Below are positions 29,176 through 39,700 of a stretch of DNA of 64,000 nt, piece by piece (positions within the stretch are counted from its first letter, which is position 1; each line of letters starts with the position of its first letter). The stretch covers positions 480,001-544,000 of the forward strand of contig CBDCVR010000013.1 of the NCBI GenBank assembly GCA_965223155.1, in the 5' to 3' direction. The notes beneath the pieces were generated by a model, which was not told where the DNA came from, did not search any database, and worked only from the letters and a program-made list of their open reading frames with translations. Source of the DNA: Candidatus Multivoradales bacterium. GTDB lineage: Bacteria > Acidobacteriota > Thermoanaerobaculia > Multivoradales > JAHEKO01. The translations under genes were made by a program, and so were the position numbers.

Positions 29176-30347
29176 GAGGCCTCGATTGTACGGTCGGCCG
29201 CCGGGACCGTCGACCGCGAGCCGCTGTCCCCTCCGCGCATCAGCCGCCGGAGCTGTCCGCAGGCGGCGTCGTTGTCCAGCCCCCGGCTTTCGCGCAGGTG
29301 GACGTTCACACCCCGACCACGCAGGATCTCGAGGAAGGCGTGGGCGCGGGCCCGGTCTGGGCGGGCGAAGTCGAGGCCCGCCACCGAGTTATGGAGCATC
29401 AGGTTGACGTGGGCGCGCAGCTCGCGGGCGATGCGGGCGAGGCCAGCGGCATCCGCCGGGCCGTCGTTGACGTCGCCCAGAAGGCAGTACTCGAGCGTCA
29501 CCTCGCGACCGGTGGTCTCGAAATAGAGCTTGCAGGCCCGGACCAGTTCCGCCACCGATAAGGTCTCGGCCCAGGGAATGAGCTCACGGCGCAGCTCGTC
29601 GGTGACCGCGTGCAGGCTGAGCGCCAGGGTCACCTGGAGACGCTCGGCGGCCAGGCGCTCGATCTGCTTGGGCAGTCCCACCGTGCTCACCGTGATTCGC
29701 CGCTGGCCGATGCCCAGTCCCCAAGGCGCATTCAAGCGGCGAACCGCGGCCACGGTATTACGAAAATTGGCCAGCGGCTCGCCCATTCCCATGAAGACGA
29801 CGTGGGTGAGAGCCTCCTCCCGCTCGGCCAGGAGGTCGTTCAGGACCAGGGCCTGTTCCAGAATCTCCCCGACCGTGAGGTTGCGCACGACGCCGCCCAG
29901 GCCGCTGGCGCAAAACCGGCAGCCCACGCCACAGCCCACCTGGGTGCTCACACAAGCGGTCCGGCGCCGACCTCGGGGGGCCGGAATCATCACCGATTCG
30001 GTCGTTGCTCCGTCCGCCCACTCCAACAGGATCTTGGTCGTGCCTCCGGGAGCGATCGAGCTGGCCACGAGCCTGGCGGTCCGGATATCCCAGGCCTCGG
30101 ACAGGCGCGTTCTGAGCGGCTTACCCAGGTCGGTCATGGCCTCGAAGCACCGGGCCCGCCGCCGGAAGGCCCACTCCAGAATGCTCTGGGCTCGATAGGC
30201 GGGCTCGCCCCATGCCGCCAGCGCCGGCGCCAGCTCGGCTGGGGTCAGATCAAGAAGATGGAGCCGGTCGGCGTCCGCCAAGCTAGACCGCACCTTGCAA
30301 CGGGACTCGAGTCCCGAGATCGCAAGTCCTTGACGAGGCCCGGCCAC
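29172..30347 (-). CDS. rlmN: 23S rRNA A2503 / tRNA A37 C2-methyltransferase RlmN
   Basis: CVSTQVGCGVGCRFC, MGMGEP, SLHA, AACGQL; start uncertain. Confidence 0.94.
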   Translation of the reverse strand: MAGPRQGLAISGLESRCKVRSSLADADRLHLLDLTPAELAPALAAWGEPAYRAQSILEWAFRRRARCFEAMTDLGKPLRTRLSEAWDIRTARLVASSIAPGGTTKILLEWADGATTESVMIPAPRGRRRTACVSTQVGCGVGCRFCASGLGGVVRNLTVGEILEQALVLNDLLAEREEALTHVVFMGMGEPLANFRNTVAAVRRLNAPWGLGIGQRRITVSTVGLPKQIERLAAERLQVTLALSLHAVTDELRRELIPWAETLSVAELVRACKLYFETTGREVTLEYCLLGDVNDGPADAAGLARIARELRAHVNLMLHNSVAGLDFARPDRARAHAFLEILRGRGVNVHLRESRGLDNDAACGQLRRLMRGGDSGSRSTVPAADRTIEAS

Positions 30348-30432
30348 GCCGGAGATGGCCCCATGCCGCCGGGGACCCTCTGGGCGACAAGGCGTTGCGG
30401 CGCGTAACCGCCTGGACTTCGACCACGGCCTG

Positions 30433-31434
30433 TTAGAGCTCGGCCAGGAGCCCGATCAGGTCCACGACCCGGTTCGAGTAGCCCCACTCGTTGTCGTACC
30501 AGGACAGCACACGGGCGAAGCCGTCACCCCGGGTGGCGGTCGACAGTGCATCGAAGATCGATGAGTGCGCGTTGCCGATGACGTCCGAGGAGACTAGGGC
30601 GTCCTCACTGTACTGAATGATGTCGCTCATCGGACCCGCGGCCGCTTCGCGAACTGCCGCATTGATCTCGTCGCGACTGGGCTGGGCGTCGAGCCGCACC
30701 ACCAGATCCACGATCGATCCGTCCGGCACCGGCACCCGCATCGCCAATCCGTCCAGCCGGCCTTCCAGATGAGGCAGCACCTTCCCCACCGCCCGGGCGG
30801 CGCCCGTGGAGGTCGGGATCACGTTCTCGGCCGCCGCCCGGCTGCGCCGGATACTGCGATGGGGAACGTCGGCCAGCCGCTGGTCGTTGGTGTAAGCGTG
30901 AACCGTGGTGATGAAGCCCTCCTGGAGGCCGAAGGTCTCGTCCAGAACCTTTGCCAGAGGCGCCAGGCAGTTGGTCGTGCAGGAGGCGTTCGAGACGATA
31001 CGGTGTTCCGCGGACAGGCTCTCCTGGTTGACTCCCAGGACGATCATGGCATCGATCGCGTCCTTGGGCGGCACGGTCAGAATGACCCGCCGCGCACCCG
31101 CCGTCAGGTGCCCCTCCAGGGACTCGCGGTTGCGGAAGACCCCGGTGGACTCGACTACGATGTCCACGCCGTGCTCGGCCCACGGGATGCCGCTCGGATC
31201 GCGCTCGGCGGTCATCGCCACCCGAGCGCCATCCACGGTCATCCACGCCTCGTCCACCTCGACCGGCTTCTCGAACGGCCCCATGACTGTGTCGAAGCGC
31301 AACAGATAGGCAAGCTGCTCGTTGTCGAAGAGATCGTTGATCGCCACCACGTCGATGTCCGGCCGCTCGGCCAGTACCCGAAACACGCTACGCCCGATGC
31401 GGCCGAAGCCGTTGATCCCGACCCGAACGCTCAT
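30433..31434 (-). CDS. gap: Type I glyceraldehyde-3-phosphate dehydrogenase
   Basis: GINGFGRIGR, SNASCTTNC, IPTSTGAA, MRVPV, WYDNEWGY. Confidence 0.95.
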   Translation of the reverse strand: MSVRVGINGFGRIGRSVFRVLAERPDIDVVAINDLFDNEQLAYLLRFDTVMGPFEKPVEVDEAWMTVDGARVAMTAERDPSGIPWAEHGVDIVVESTGVFRNRESLEGHLTAGARRVILTVPPKDAIDAMIVLGVNQESLSAEHRIVSNASCTTNCLAPLAKVLDETFGLQEGFITTVHAYTNDQRLADVPHRSIRRSRAAAENVIPTSTGAARAVGKVLPHLEGRLDGLAMRVPVPDGSIVDLVVRLDAQPSRDEINAAVREAAAGPMSDIIQYSEDALVSSDVIGNAHSSIFDALSTATRGDGFARVLSWYDNEWGYSNRVVDLIGLLAEL

Positions 31435-32450
31435 CGGTTCCCTCCGGCCACTTCGGTCAGGCGTTGCACCAAGTCCACCACCCGGTGGGCGTAGCCCCAG
31501 CCGTTGTCGTACCAGGACAGGGTCTTCGAGACCCGGTCCCCCAGGGTCATCGTGGCCAACGAGTCGAAGGTGCTCGAGTACGGGCTGTGCACGATGTCGC
31601 TGGACACGATCGGTGAGTTCTCGTAGCAGACCACGTCGCGCCAGTGGCTGGCGGCTGCGGTGCGCACGACCTCATTGACGGCGGTTTCGGTCACCGCTTG
31701 CTCATGCCAGCAGACCAGGTCCACGACCGATCCGTTCGGAACCGGCACGTTGATCGCCCGCGCCGTCAACCGATCGCCCAGATCGGGCAGCAGCTCGCCA
31801 ATCACGTCGGCAGCGTTGGTCTCCTGCGGAATGATGTTCTCAGCCGCGGCACGTCCCCGGCGCGGGTCCTCGGAGGCAACGTCGGCCAGCCGCTGCTGAT
31901 TGGAATAGGCGTGGACGCTCGAGATGAAAGCCCGCTCGACACCGAAAGCGTCCCCGAGAATCTTCAGAATCGGAGCAGCGCAGTGGGCCGTGCAGGAACC
32001 GTTCGAAACGATGCGATGCTCCCGGCCGAGCCGATCGTCGTTGACGCCCATCACCACCGTGATGTCCGGCGGATCCAGCGGCGGTGCGCACAGGATGACG
32101 CTTCCGGCGCCGGCCTCCAGGTGGGCCTCGAGCTCATCGCGGCGTCTCGGAGTGCCCGACGCTTCGATCACGATGTCTACCCCATGGTCCTTCCAGACGG
32201 TGGCGGTCGCGTCCTCCGGCTGAATCATCGCGATCCTGCGGCCCACGACGAAGAGGCCGCCATCCCGGATCGAAAGCTCCTCTGGGAAACGTCCCAGAAT
32301 CGTGTCGAAGCGGACCAGGTACTCGATCGCCTCCGAGTCGGCGGGCTCCTCGATCGCCACGATCCGGATGTCGTCCCGGTCGTACAGGATTCTGAGGAGG
32401 TTCCGCCCAATGCGGCCCAAGCCCATCAGGGCGATGCGTACGGGTTCCAT
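31431..32450 (-). CDS. Divergent GAPDH-family paralogue
   Basis: MGLGRIGR, SNGSCTAHC, HAYS, INVPVPNGS, WYDNGWGY. Confidence 0.88.
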   Translation of the reverse strand: MEPVRIALMGLGRIGRNLLRILYDRDDIRIVAIEEPADSEAIEYLVRFDTILGRFPEELSIRDGGLFVVGRRIAMIQPEDATATVWKDHGVDIVIEASGTPRRRDELEAHLEAGAGSVILCAPPLDPPDITVVMGVNDDRLGREHRIVSNGSCTAHCAAPILKILGDAFGVERAFISSVHAYSNQQRLADVASEDPRRGRAAAENIIPQETNAADVIGELLPDLGDRLTARAINVPVPNGSVVDLVCWHEQAVTETAVNEVVRTAAASHWRDVVCYENSPIVSSDIVHSPYSSTFDSLATMTLGDRVSKTLSWYDNGWGYAHRVVDLVQRLTEVAGGNR

Positions 32451-32474
32451 GGATAGAGCTCCGAAACGCCGATC

Positions 32475-33155
32475 TTACGGCGAAAGCCGGTCGAGGCTCC
32501 AGATCCTGTCGTGCTCGCCTTCGCGGCGCCGGTAGATGAATCGATCGTGCAGCCGGTTGGGCTGGCCCTGCCAGAACTCGATCGAGGCCGGCGTCAGCCG
32601 GAAGCCTCCCCAGTGCGGCGGCCGCGGCACGGGACCGCCCGCAAACCTGCCGGTGGCGGCCTCGATCGCGGTCTCGAGCACCGACCGGGAGGCTAGCTCC
32701 TGGCTCTGGGCCGAAGCCCAGGCACCAATCTGAGAGCCGCGGGGCCGGCTGGTGAAGTAGCGGTCGGATTCCTCTTCCGACACCCGCTCGCAGGACCCCT
32801 CGATCCGGATCTGGCGGGCCAGGCGGTCCCACCAGAAGGTCAAGGCCGCGCTCCCCGTCGCGTCCAGCTCGACCGCCTTGCGGCTCTGGTAGTTCGTGTA
32901 GAAGACGAAGCCTCGTGCGTCGTACCCCTTGAGCAGCACGACCCGGACGGAGGGCCGGCCGTCTTCATCGACCGTCGCCAGGGATGCCGCCGTCGGCTCC
33001 ACCAGGGCTGCCGCGAGCGCCTCCTCGTACCAGCTGCGAAACTGCTCGAACGGATCCGCGGCCAGGGCCTCGCGCCGAAGCGGGACGACCTGGGGCTCTT
33101 GGCCGGCAGCCTCCGCCGCCGCGCCGTCTCCACGTGAGTCGTCGCGTTCGGACAT
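32475..33155 (-). CDS. pdxH: Pyridoxine/pyridoxamine 5'-phosphate oxidase
   Basis: RVVLLK, FYTNYQSRK, RQIRIEG, RPPHWGG, EFWQGQPNRLHDR. Confidence 0.96.
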   Translation of the reverse strand: MSERDDSRGDGAAAEAAGQEPQVVPLRREALAADPFEQFRSWYEEALAAALVEPTAASLATVDEDGRPSVRVVLLKGYDARGFVFYTNYQSRKAVELDATGSAALTFWWDRLARQIRIEGSCERVSEEESDRYFTSRPRGSQIGAWASAQSQELASRSVLETAIEAATGRFAGGPVPRPPHWGGFRLTPASIEFWQGQPNRLHDRFIYRRREGEHDRIWSLDRLSP

Positions 33156-35860
33156 CAAACCAACCGGCTCTTGATTCGGGCTCGCGCCGAAGCCAGCCGC
33201 GCCACCGGCACCCGGTAGGGCGAGCAGGAAACGTAGGCCAGACCGCAGTCTTCGAAGAACTCGATGGAGCTAGGCTCGCCGCCGTGCTCGCCGCAGACTC
33301 CGATCTTGAGATCGGAGCGAGTCTCGAGCCCCTTGCGGCATCCCATCTCCACCAATTGCCCGACGCCCGAACGATCCAGCCGCTCGAATGGATCGAAGGG
33401 CAGGATTCCGGACTCCACGTACTCGGGCAAGAAGCGTCCGCTGTCGTCGCGCGAGTAGCCGAAGGTCATCTGGGTCAGGTCGTTGGTGCCGAAGCTGAAG
33501 AAGTCGGCGTAAGCGGCAATCTGGTCGGCGATGAGGGCCGCACGCGGCACCTCGATCATCGTGCCGATCGGAATCTCCAGAGCCGTACCCTCGGCCTGGA
33601 GGACCCTGGCCACGACGTCGGCTGCCCGTTCCTGGAGGCGGCGCATCTCACCCTGGCTGCCCACCAGAGGCACCATGATCTCGGGCCGGGGGTTTAGGCC
33701 TCGCTGCACCAACCTGGCCGCGGCCCGGGTAATGGCCTCGACCTGCATGTCGTAGATCCCGGGCTTGGTCAGGCCGAGGCGGCAACCCCGATTGCCAAGC
33801 ATAGGGTTGAACTCCGCCAGGGACTCGGCCGCCTGCTTGACCTCCTCGACGGGCACGCCCATCTGCTCGGCCAGCTCCCTGCGGCTCTTTTCGCCATGCG
33901 GGAGAAACTCGTGCAGAGGCGGATCCAGGAGCCGCACGGTCACGGGCAACCCGTCCATGGCGCTGAAGATCTCCTCGAAGTCGCCCTGCTGCACGGGCAA
34001 GAGATGCTCGAGGGCGGCGGCTTCCTCGGCTTCGTCGCCGGCCAGAATCAGGCGCCGCACCCAGGGGATGCGGTCGTCCTCGAAAAACATATGCTCGGTG
34101 CGGCACAGACCGATCCCTTCCGCCCCGAGAGCGCGCGCGGCGCGCGCGTCGTCGGGAGTGTCGGCATTGGCTCGCACCCGCATCCGGCGAGCCGCGTCGG
34201 CCCACTCCAGCACCTTCTGAAACGAAGACACAGCCGGGTTGGCGCCGGCATCCTCGCCTTCCAGCACCGCTTGCACGACCTCGGACTCCCGTGGATGAAG
34301 TCGGCCGGCCAGCACTTCGCCGGAGGTGCCGTCGATCGAGATCGCGTCGCCCTCGCTAAAGCTGCGGCCGGCGACCCGAAGCTCGCCGGACTCGCCGTGG
34401 ACCTCCAGCTCGCCGGCGCCGACCACGCAGGGCTTGCCCATGCCCCGGGCCACCACCGCCGCGTGGGAGGTCATACCGCCGCGAGAGGTCAGGATGCCGG
34501 CGGCGGCGTGCATGCCGGCGATGTCCTCGGGCGAGGTTTCCTCCCGGACCAAGATCACCGCACCCTCGGAGGCCATCTCGGTGGCTCGCTCGGCGGTCAG
34601 CGCGATGCGTCCAGATGCCGCCCCCGGTCCCGCCGGCAGGCCCTTGGCGAGCAAGGCGCCATCGGCCAGGGCGGCCGCCTTCTCGCCCGGATCGAAGGAA
34701 GGCGCCAGCATCTGCTCCAAGTGCTCGCCCTCGACCCGTCGCAGCGCCGTGGTCTCGTCGATCAGCTCCTCCGCGGCCATCTCGCAGGCGATCCGTACCG
34801 CGGCCAGTCCAGTGCGCTTGCCCGAGCGGGTCTGCAGCATGTAGAGCTTGCAGTCCTCGATGGTGAACTCGACGTCCTGCATCTCCCGCCGGTGCCTTTC
34901 TAGTGTCGCGCACACCTGCTCCAGCTCGGCAAACGCCTCGGGGAAGTCCGAGCCCAGGTTCGAGCCGCCGTCGGCGTCCAGGATCGACAGCGGCGTGCGG
35001 ATGCCCGCGACCACGTCCTCGCCCTGAGCGTTGATCAGATACTCGCCGTAGATGCGGCGCTCGCCGGTGGCCGGGTTCCGGGTAAACGCCACGCCGGTGG
35101 CGCAGGAGTCGCCCCGGTTGCCGAAGACCATGGCCTGCACGTTGACGCCGGTGCCGGAATCCTCGGGCAGGCCGTGGATGCGCCGGTACTCCCGCGCGCG
35201 CTTGTTGTTCCAGCTCTCCACCACGGCGCGGATCGAGCCGTCCAGCTGTTCGCGAGCGTCCTGCGGGAAAGCCGCTCCGGATTCCTCGATGTAGGCGAGG
35301 AAGCGGACGCAGAGCTCGGCCATCGCCTCGGGAGGCAGCTCGGAGTCCGAGGTGGCGCCGGCCCGGTCGCGGGCCGCGGCCAGCAGCCGCTCGAAGCCCG
35401 AGTGCTCGACTCCCAGCACGACATCGCCGTACATGGAGATCAGGCGCCGGTAGCAATCCCGCACGAAGCGCTCGTCCATACCGGCGGCGACCATGCCCTC
35501 CACCGCGGCGTCGTTGAGCCCGAGGTTGAGCACCGTGTCCATCATCCCTGGCATCGACACCGGGCCGCCCGAGCGCACCGACAGGAGCAAGGGATCCGAG
35601 CCGTCGCCAAACTTCCTGCCCAGCGCCTGCTCAAGCCCCTCCAAGCCGGCGTCGATCTGTTCGCGCAAGGTCTCCGGATACGAGCCGCCATTGCGGTGGT
35701 ACCGCTTGCAGACCTCGGTGGTGATGGTAAATCCAGGCGGCACTGGGAGTCCGAGTCCGCTCATCTCGGCGAGCCCCGCGCCTTTGCCGCCCAGCAGCTC
35801 CTGTTGATCGGCGCGCCCTTCGGCGGCGCCGTTCCCGAAGGCATACACGTACTTCGTCAT
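33155..35860 (-). CDS. ppdK: Pyruvate, phosphate dikinase
   Basis: LGGKGAGLAEM, SMPGMMDTVLNLG, GGMTSHAAVVARG (phospho-His), GLCRTEHM, CGEHGG. Confidence 0.97.
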   Translation of the reverse strand: MTKYVYAFGNGAAEGRADQQELLGGKGAGLAEMSGLGLPVPPGFTITTEVCKRYHRNGGSYPETLREQIDAGLEGLEQALGRKFGDGSDPLLLSVRSGGPVSMPGMMDTVLNLGLNDAAVEGMVAAGMDERFVRDCYRRLISMYGDVVLGVEHSGFERLLAAARDRAGATSDSELPPEAMAELCVRFLAYIEESGAAFPQDAREQLDGSIRAVVESWNNKRAREYRRIHGLPEDSGTGVNVQAMVFGNRGDSCATGVAFTRNPATGERRIYGEYLINAQGEDVVAGIRTPLSILDADGGSNLGSDFPEAFAELEQVCATLERHRREMQDVEFTIEDCKLYMLQTRSGKRTGLAAVRIACEMAAEELIDETTALRRVEGEHLEQMLAPSFDPGEKAAALADGALLAKGLPAGPGAASGRIALTAERATEMASEGAVILVREETSPEDIAGMHAAAGILTSRGGMTSHAAVVARGMGKPCVVGAGELEVHGESGELRVAGRSFSEGDAISIDGTSGEVLAGRLHPRESEVVQAVLEGEDAGANPAVSSFQKVLEWADAARRMRVRANADTPDDARAARALGAEGIGLCRTEHMFFEDDRIPWVRRLILAGDEAEEAAALEHLLPVQQGDFEEIFSAMDGLPVTVRLLDPPLHEFLPHGEKSRRELAEQMGVPVEEVKQAAESLAEFNPMLGNRGCRLGLTKPGIYDMQVEAITRAAARLVQRGLNPRPEIMVPLVGSQGEMRRLQERAADVVARVLQAEGTALEIPIGTMIEVPRAALIADQIAAYADFFSFGTNDLTQMTFGYSRDDSGRFLPEYVESGILPFDPFERLDRSGVGQLVEMGCRKGLETRSDLKIGVCGEHGGEPSSIEFFEDCGLAYVSCSPYRVPVARLASARARIKSRLV

Positions 35861-35909
35861 CTGTAGGGATCTCCTGATCCGATCTCGGCGACCGGACTCC
35901 GGTTGGTCC

Positions 35910-37994
35910 TCAGCGCTCGACCACCATCGCGGTCAAGCCGGCCGTCCGGGAAAGGGTTCGCTGGATGGCCTGCAGCAGGCCGATCCGGTTGGCGCGCACG
36001 TCCGCGTTCTCGTCCATGACCAGAACCTCGACGAAGAATCGATCCAGCACGTCGGCAAAGGAGGTCATGGTGCGCAGGCAGTCCTCATAGCGCTTCTTTT
36101 CTTCGGCTTCTCGAATCTCGCCGCGCAGGCTCTGGTAGGCCTGGAAGAGCAGTTTCTCGGCCGGTTCGTTGAGCAACTCCGGATTGAGCGTCTCTTCCGG
36201 AGCCTCGCGCAAGATGTTCGCGATGCGCTTCGCGGCGAGCACGACCTCGCCGAACCCCTTCTCGTCGCGGACCTCGTGCAGGGCTTTGACGCGTGCCTCC
36301 AGATCCGGCAGGTTTGCCGCTCCCACCTCCAAAGCGGCCTCGATCTCGTCATAGGCGAAGCCGCTCAGGTCCAGCACATGCCGGATGCGATCGAAGAGGA
36401 ACGGCCGCCAGACCGCCAACACGTCCTCGGCGTTCTCTTCCAGCCGGCCTTCGTAGAGCTTGTAGGCCCGCGCCGCGGCCAGATCCAGGTCCAGCTCCAA
36501 GCCGCCTTCGAGGGCGATGCGCACGATGCCCTGAGCCGCGCGCCGGAGGCCGAAGGGATCCTTGCTGCCCGACGGGGTCAGGCCGATCCCCAGGATGCCG
36601 ACCACGGTGTCCAGCCGGTCGGCCAGCGCCACCAGCTTGCCGGCCTTGGTCCCCGGCACCGGATCCTTGGTCCCCTGCGGCAGGTACTGATCGTAGACCG
36701 CCCGCCATACGCTCTTGGAGTAGCCTTCCTCGCGGGCGTAGACCCCGCCCATGATGCCCTGGAGGGACGAGAATTCCCCCACCATCTCGGTAACCAGATC
36801 GGCCTTGAAGATACCGGCCACCTTCCGCGCCGTATTCGTATCCCGCTTCCAGCCCAGCGACTCGCCCAGTTTCGCGCAGAGCTCTCCCACCCGGCGCGAC
36901 TTGTCCGCGTAGCTCCCCAGCTTGGCGTGGAAATTGAGCCGCTCGAGCTCGGCAGCCCGATCGGCGAGCTTGACCTTCCGGTCTTCGGCGTAAAAGAAGG
37001 CCGCATCCTCGAGGCGCGCCGCCACGACCCACTCGTTGCCCTTCCGAACCAGGCCCCCGGGATCGTCGGGCCGGTCCATCAGGGTCAGAAACCCTGGCAG
37101 CAGCTCGCCGTCGCGCTCGACGGTGAACGCGCTCTGGTGGTCCCTGAGGCTGGCGACCAGGACCTCCCGCGGCAGCTTCAGAAAGCGCTCGTCGAAGCTG
37201 CCGGCGACGACGCCCGGGACGCCGCACATGGCGGTCAGGCGATCCAGGAGATCCGAGTCCCCGACCAGGTTTCCGCCCAGCTCGTCGGCGGCCTCGGCGA
37301 AGCCTCGCGCCAATCGTTCCTGGCGTTCGGCGAACACCGGGACGATGCCGCGCTCGCCCAGATCGGCAAGGTAGTCCTGCCAGCGGGGAGCCCGGCCGGA
37401 CACCGAGAAGGCATCCGGAGACAACACCGGATGACCGATCGTCGTCGTGCCGGACCGGATCCCGAAGACTTCGCACTCCACCGCCTCGCCCTCGTACAAG
37501 ACCACGAAACCGTGAATCGGTCGTGCCCAAGGGCCGGCGCCAGTACCCCATCGCATGGTCTTGGCCCAGGTGAGATCCGTCACCACCCGAGGCACCAGCT
37601 CGGCCACGACCTCGGTCACCGGCCGCCCCGGAGTCTTGACCGTGGCACCCACGTACTCCCCCTTGGCGGTCTCCATCCGCTTGAGATTCGAGACGTCGAT
37701 GCCACAGCGCTTGGCGAAGCCCGCGGCCGCCGAGGTTGGTTTCCCGCCGCTGTCAAAGGCCACGCTCGCGGGTGGGCCGGTGACTTCTTCGACCCGGTCG
37801 GGCTCGCCTTCCGGAACCTCGGTCAAAGCGACCGCGAGCCGCCTCGGCGTAAAGCCCGTCTGGACCGCGCGCGGGGTGAGCTTCCGGTTCAGCAGCTCTT
37901 CGAAGAGCCGGCCGCCCAACTCGGCGGCGGCCGCCGACACCATGCGCGCCGGGATCTCCTCGCAGCGGACCTCGACGAAGACCTCGCCGCTCAC
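35910..37994 (-). CDS. glyS: Glycine--tRNA ligase beta subunit
   Basis: [39 protein letters not shown]-like C-terminus. Confidence 0.95.
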   Translation of the reverse strand: MSGEVFVEVRCEEIPARMVSAAAAELGGRLFEELLNRKLTPRAVQTGFTPRRLAVALTEVPEGEPDRVEEVTGPPASVAFDSGGKPTSAAAGFAKRCGIDVSNLKRMETAKGEYVGATVKTPGRPVTEVVAELVPRVVTDLTWAKTMRWGTGAGPWARPIHGFVVLYEGEAVECEVFGIRSGTTTIGHPVLSPDAFSVSGRAPRWQDYLADLGERGIVPVFAERQERLARGFAEAADELGGNLVGDSDLLDRLTAMCGVPGVVAGSFDERFLKLPREVLVASLRDHQSAFTVERDGELLPGFLTLMDRPDDPGGLVRKGNEWVVAARLEDAAFFYAEDRKVKLADRAAELERLNFHAKLGSYADKSRRVGELCAKLGESLGWKRDTNTARKVAGIFKADLVTEMVGEFSSLQGIMGGVYAREEGYSKSVWRAVYDQYLPQGTKDPVPGTKAGKLVALADRLDTVVGILGIGLTPSGSKDPFGLRRAAQGIVRIALEGGLELDLDLAAARAYKLYEGRLEENAEDVLAVWRPFLFDRIRHVLDLSGFAYDEIEAALEVGAANLPDLEARVKALHEVRDEKGFGEVVLAAKRIANILREAPEETLNPELLNEPAEKLLFQAYQSLRGEIREAEEKKRYEDCLRTMTSFADVLDRFFVEVLVMDENADVRANRIGLLQAIQRTLSRTAGLTAMVVER

Positions 37995-38893
37995 TCCTCT
38001 TCCTCCGTCGCTCCCTGGTCCGTGCCCAGGAGCGGAAAGCCGAGCTCCTCACGCCGAGCCACGTAGGCTTCCGCGCAGGACACCGCCAGGCGCCGCACCC
38101 TCCGGATGAGGGCCACCCGTTCGGTCACCGAGACCGCGCCCCGGGCGTCGAGAACGTTGAACAGGTGCGAGCACTTGAGAGCGCATTCGTAGGCGGGCAG
38201 CACGAGACCAGCCTCCAGGCAGGACTGGGCCTCGCTCTCGAAGCCGTCGAACATGGAGGTCAGAAACGCTACGTCTGCGACCTCGAAGTAGTACTTCGAG
38301 AACTCCACCTCGTCCTGGTGCCGCACCTGGCCGTAGTCGACCCGTCCGGGCACCCAATCGATCTCGTACAGGCTCCGCTTGCGTCCCAGGAACATCGAGA
38401 TGCGCTCCAGGCCGTAGGTGATCTCGGCAGCGATGGGATCCAGCTCCAGGCCCCCGGCCTGCTGGAAGTACGTGAACTGCGTGATCTCCATGCCGTCCAG
38501 CATCACCTGCCAGCCCACGCCCCAAGCCCCCAGGGTGGGAGCCTCCCAGTTGTCTTCCTCGAAGCGCAGATCGTGCTTCGCCAGATCGATGCCCATGGCC
38601 TCGAGGCTGCGCACGTAGACCGCCTGGACGTCCAGCGGCGAGGGCTTGAGGATGACCTGGAGCTGGAAGTGCTTGCCCAGCCGAAACGGGTTCTCCCCAT
38701 AGCGGGCGTCGGCCGGCCGCCGGGAGGGCTGCACGTAGACCGCGTTCCAGGGCTCGGGCCCCAGCACGCGCAGGAACGTGTCGGGATGCATGGTGCCGGC
38801 TCCGACTTCCAGATCGTACGGCTGCTGCAGCACGCACCCCTCCTCAGCCCAAAACTGGGAAAGATTGAGAACAAGGTCTTGAAAGCTAGACAT
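37991..38893 (-). CDS. glyQ: Glycine--tRNA ligase alpha subunit
   Basis: [39 protein letters not shown]; ATG at 38893. Confidence 0.97.
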   Translation of the reverse strand: MSSFQDLVLNLSQFWAEEGCVLQQPYDLEVGAGTMHPDTFLRVLGPEPWNAVYVQPSRRPADARYGENPFRLGKHFQLQVILKPSPLDVQAVYVRSLEAMGIDLAKHDLRFEEDNWEAPTLGAWGVGWQVMLDGMEITQFTYFQQAGGLELDPIAAEITYGLERISMFLGRKRSLYEIDWVPGRVDYGQVRHQDEVEFSKYYFEVADVAFLTSMFDGFESEAQSCLEAGLVLPAYECALKCSHLFNVLDARGAVSVTERVALIRRVRRLAVSCAEAYVARREELGFPLLGTDQGATEEEE

Positions 38894-39677
38894 CTCGAGC
38901 CGGTTTCCGGCGGGCCGCCGGGCGGGGCAACCGCGCAAGAGTTTCCCGCATTACGCGATAGCTATTCAACTCTTGTTGCAGGAACGTCCGCCGGATCGCG
39001 CCGTTCGTGCTCTCGATCTCGTCGAGGACCGTTTGATCGATCGCGACCCGGGCCAACTCGGCCAAGCCCAGCCGGCGCATCAGGAGGTACACGCCCCGGG
39101 CGGCGTCGCTCAGGCGCTCGGCTCCGGAGCCGGCACACCTACCACAGACGATGGTCTCGGCCCCCGGCCCCAGCGCCGCCCCGGCCTCCTCCAGGGAGCG
39201 GCCGCAATTCGGGCAGGCGCCGCCATCGCCCAGGACTCCGGCCAGGCGCAAGAGCCAGGTCTCGTAGTAACGGGCCACCAAGCCCGGGGGCAGGCCTTGT
39301 TCCAGGGCGTCGAGAGCGGTCCGCAGCAGACGGTAAAGGCGCCCGCCGTCTTCGTTCTCCTGCGCGAAAGCGTTCATGTGATCGGCGAGATACGCCCGCA
39401 GCAGGAGATCTTCCAGGCTCGCTCCGGCTTCGAACGATCCGCCCAAGCGCTCGATCGAGTTGATGCGGCCCAGCTCGCGGCGGGGATGCTCGAACCACTC
39501 GACGCGCACCGTCGCCAGGAGCTCGATCTGGCCTCCGAAACGGCTGTGCTTGCGGCGGGCCGAGCGCGCCACCGCCCGCTTCTTGCCGTGCTCGGCGCTC
39601 AGGAAGGTAATGATGCGGTCGTACTCGTGAAGATCGAAGACGTCCAGGATCACGGCCTCGGCGGACTCGACTCCCAT
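38886..39677 (-). CDS. recO: DNA repair protein RecO
   Basis: N-terminal OB fold ([10 protein letters not shown]...GKKRAVA), CPNC..CGRC zinc site; conserved recO-glyQS order. Confidence 0.92.
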   Translation of the reverse strand: MGVESAEAVILDVFDLHEYDRIITFLSAEHGKKRAVARSARRKHSRFGGQIELLATVRVEWFEHPRRELGRINSIERLGGSFEAGASLEDLLLRAYLADHMNAFAQENEDGGRLYRLLRTALDALEQGLPPGLVARYYETWLLRLAGVLGDGGACPNCGRSLEEAGAALGPGAETIVCGRCAGSGAERLSDAARGVYLLMRRLGLAELARVAIDQTVLDEIESTNGAIRRTFLQQELNSYRVMRETLARLPRPAARRKPARDV

Positions 39678-39700
39678 GGGCTAGCGGCCGCTGGGCGCGG

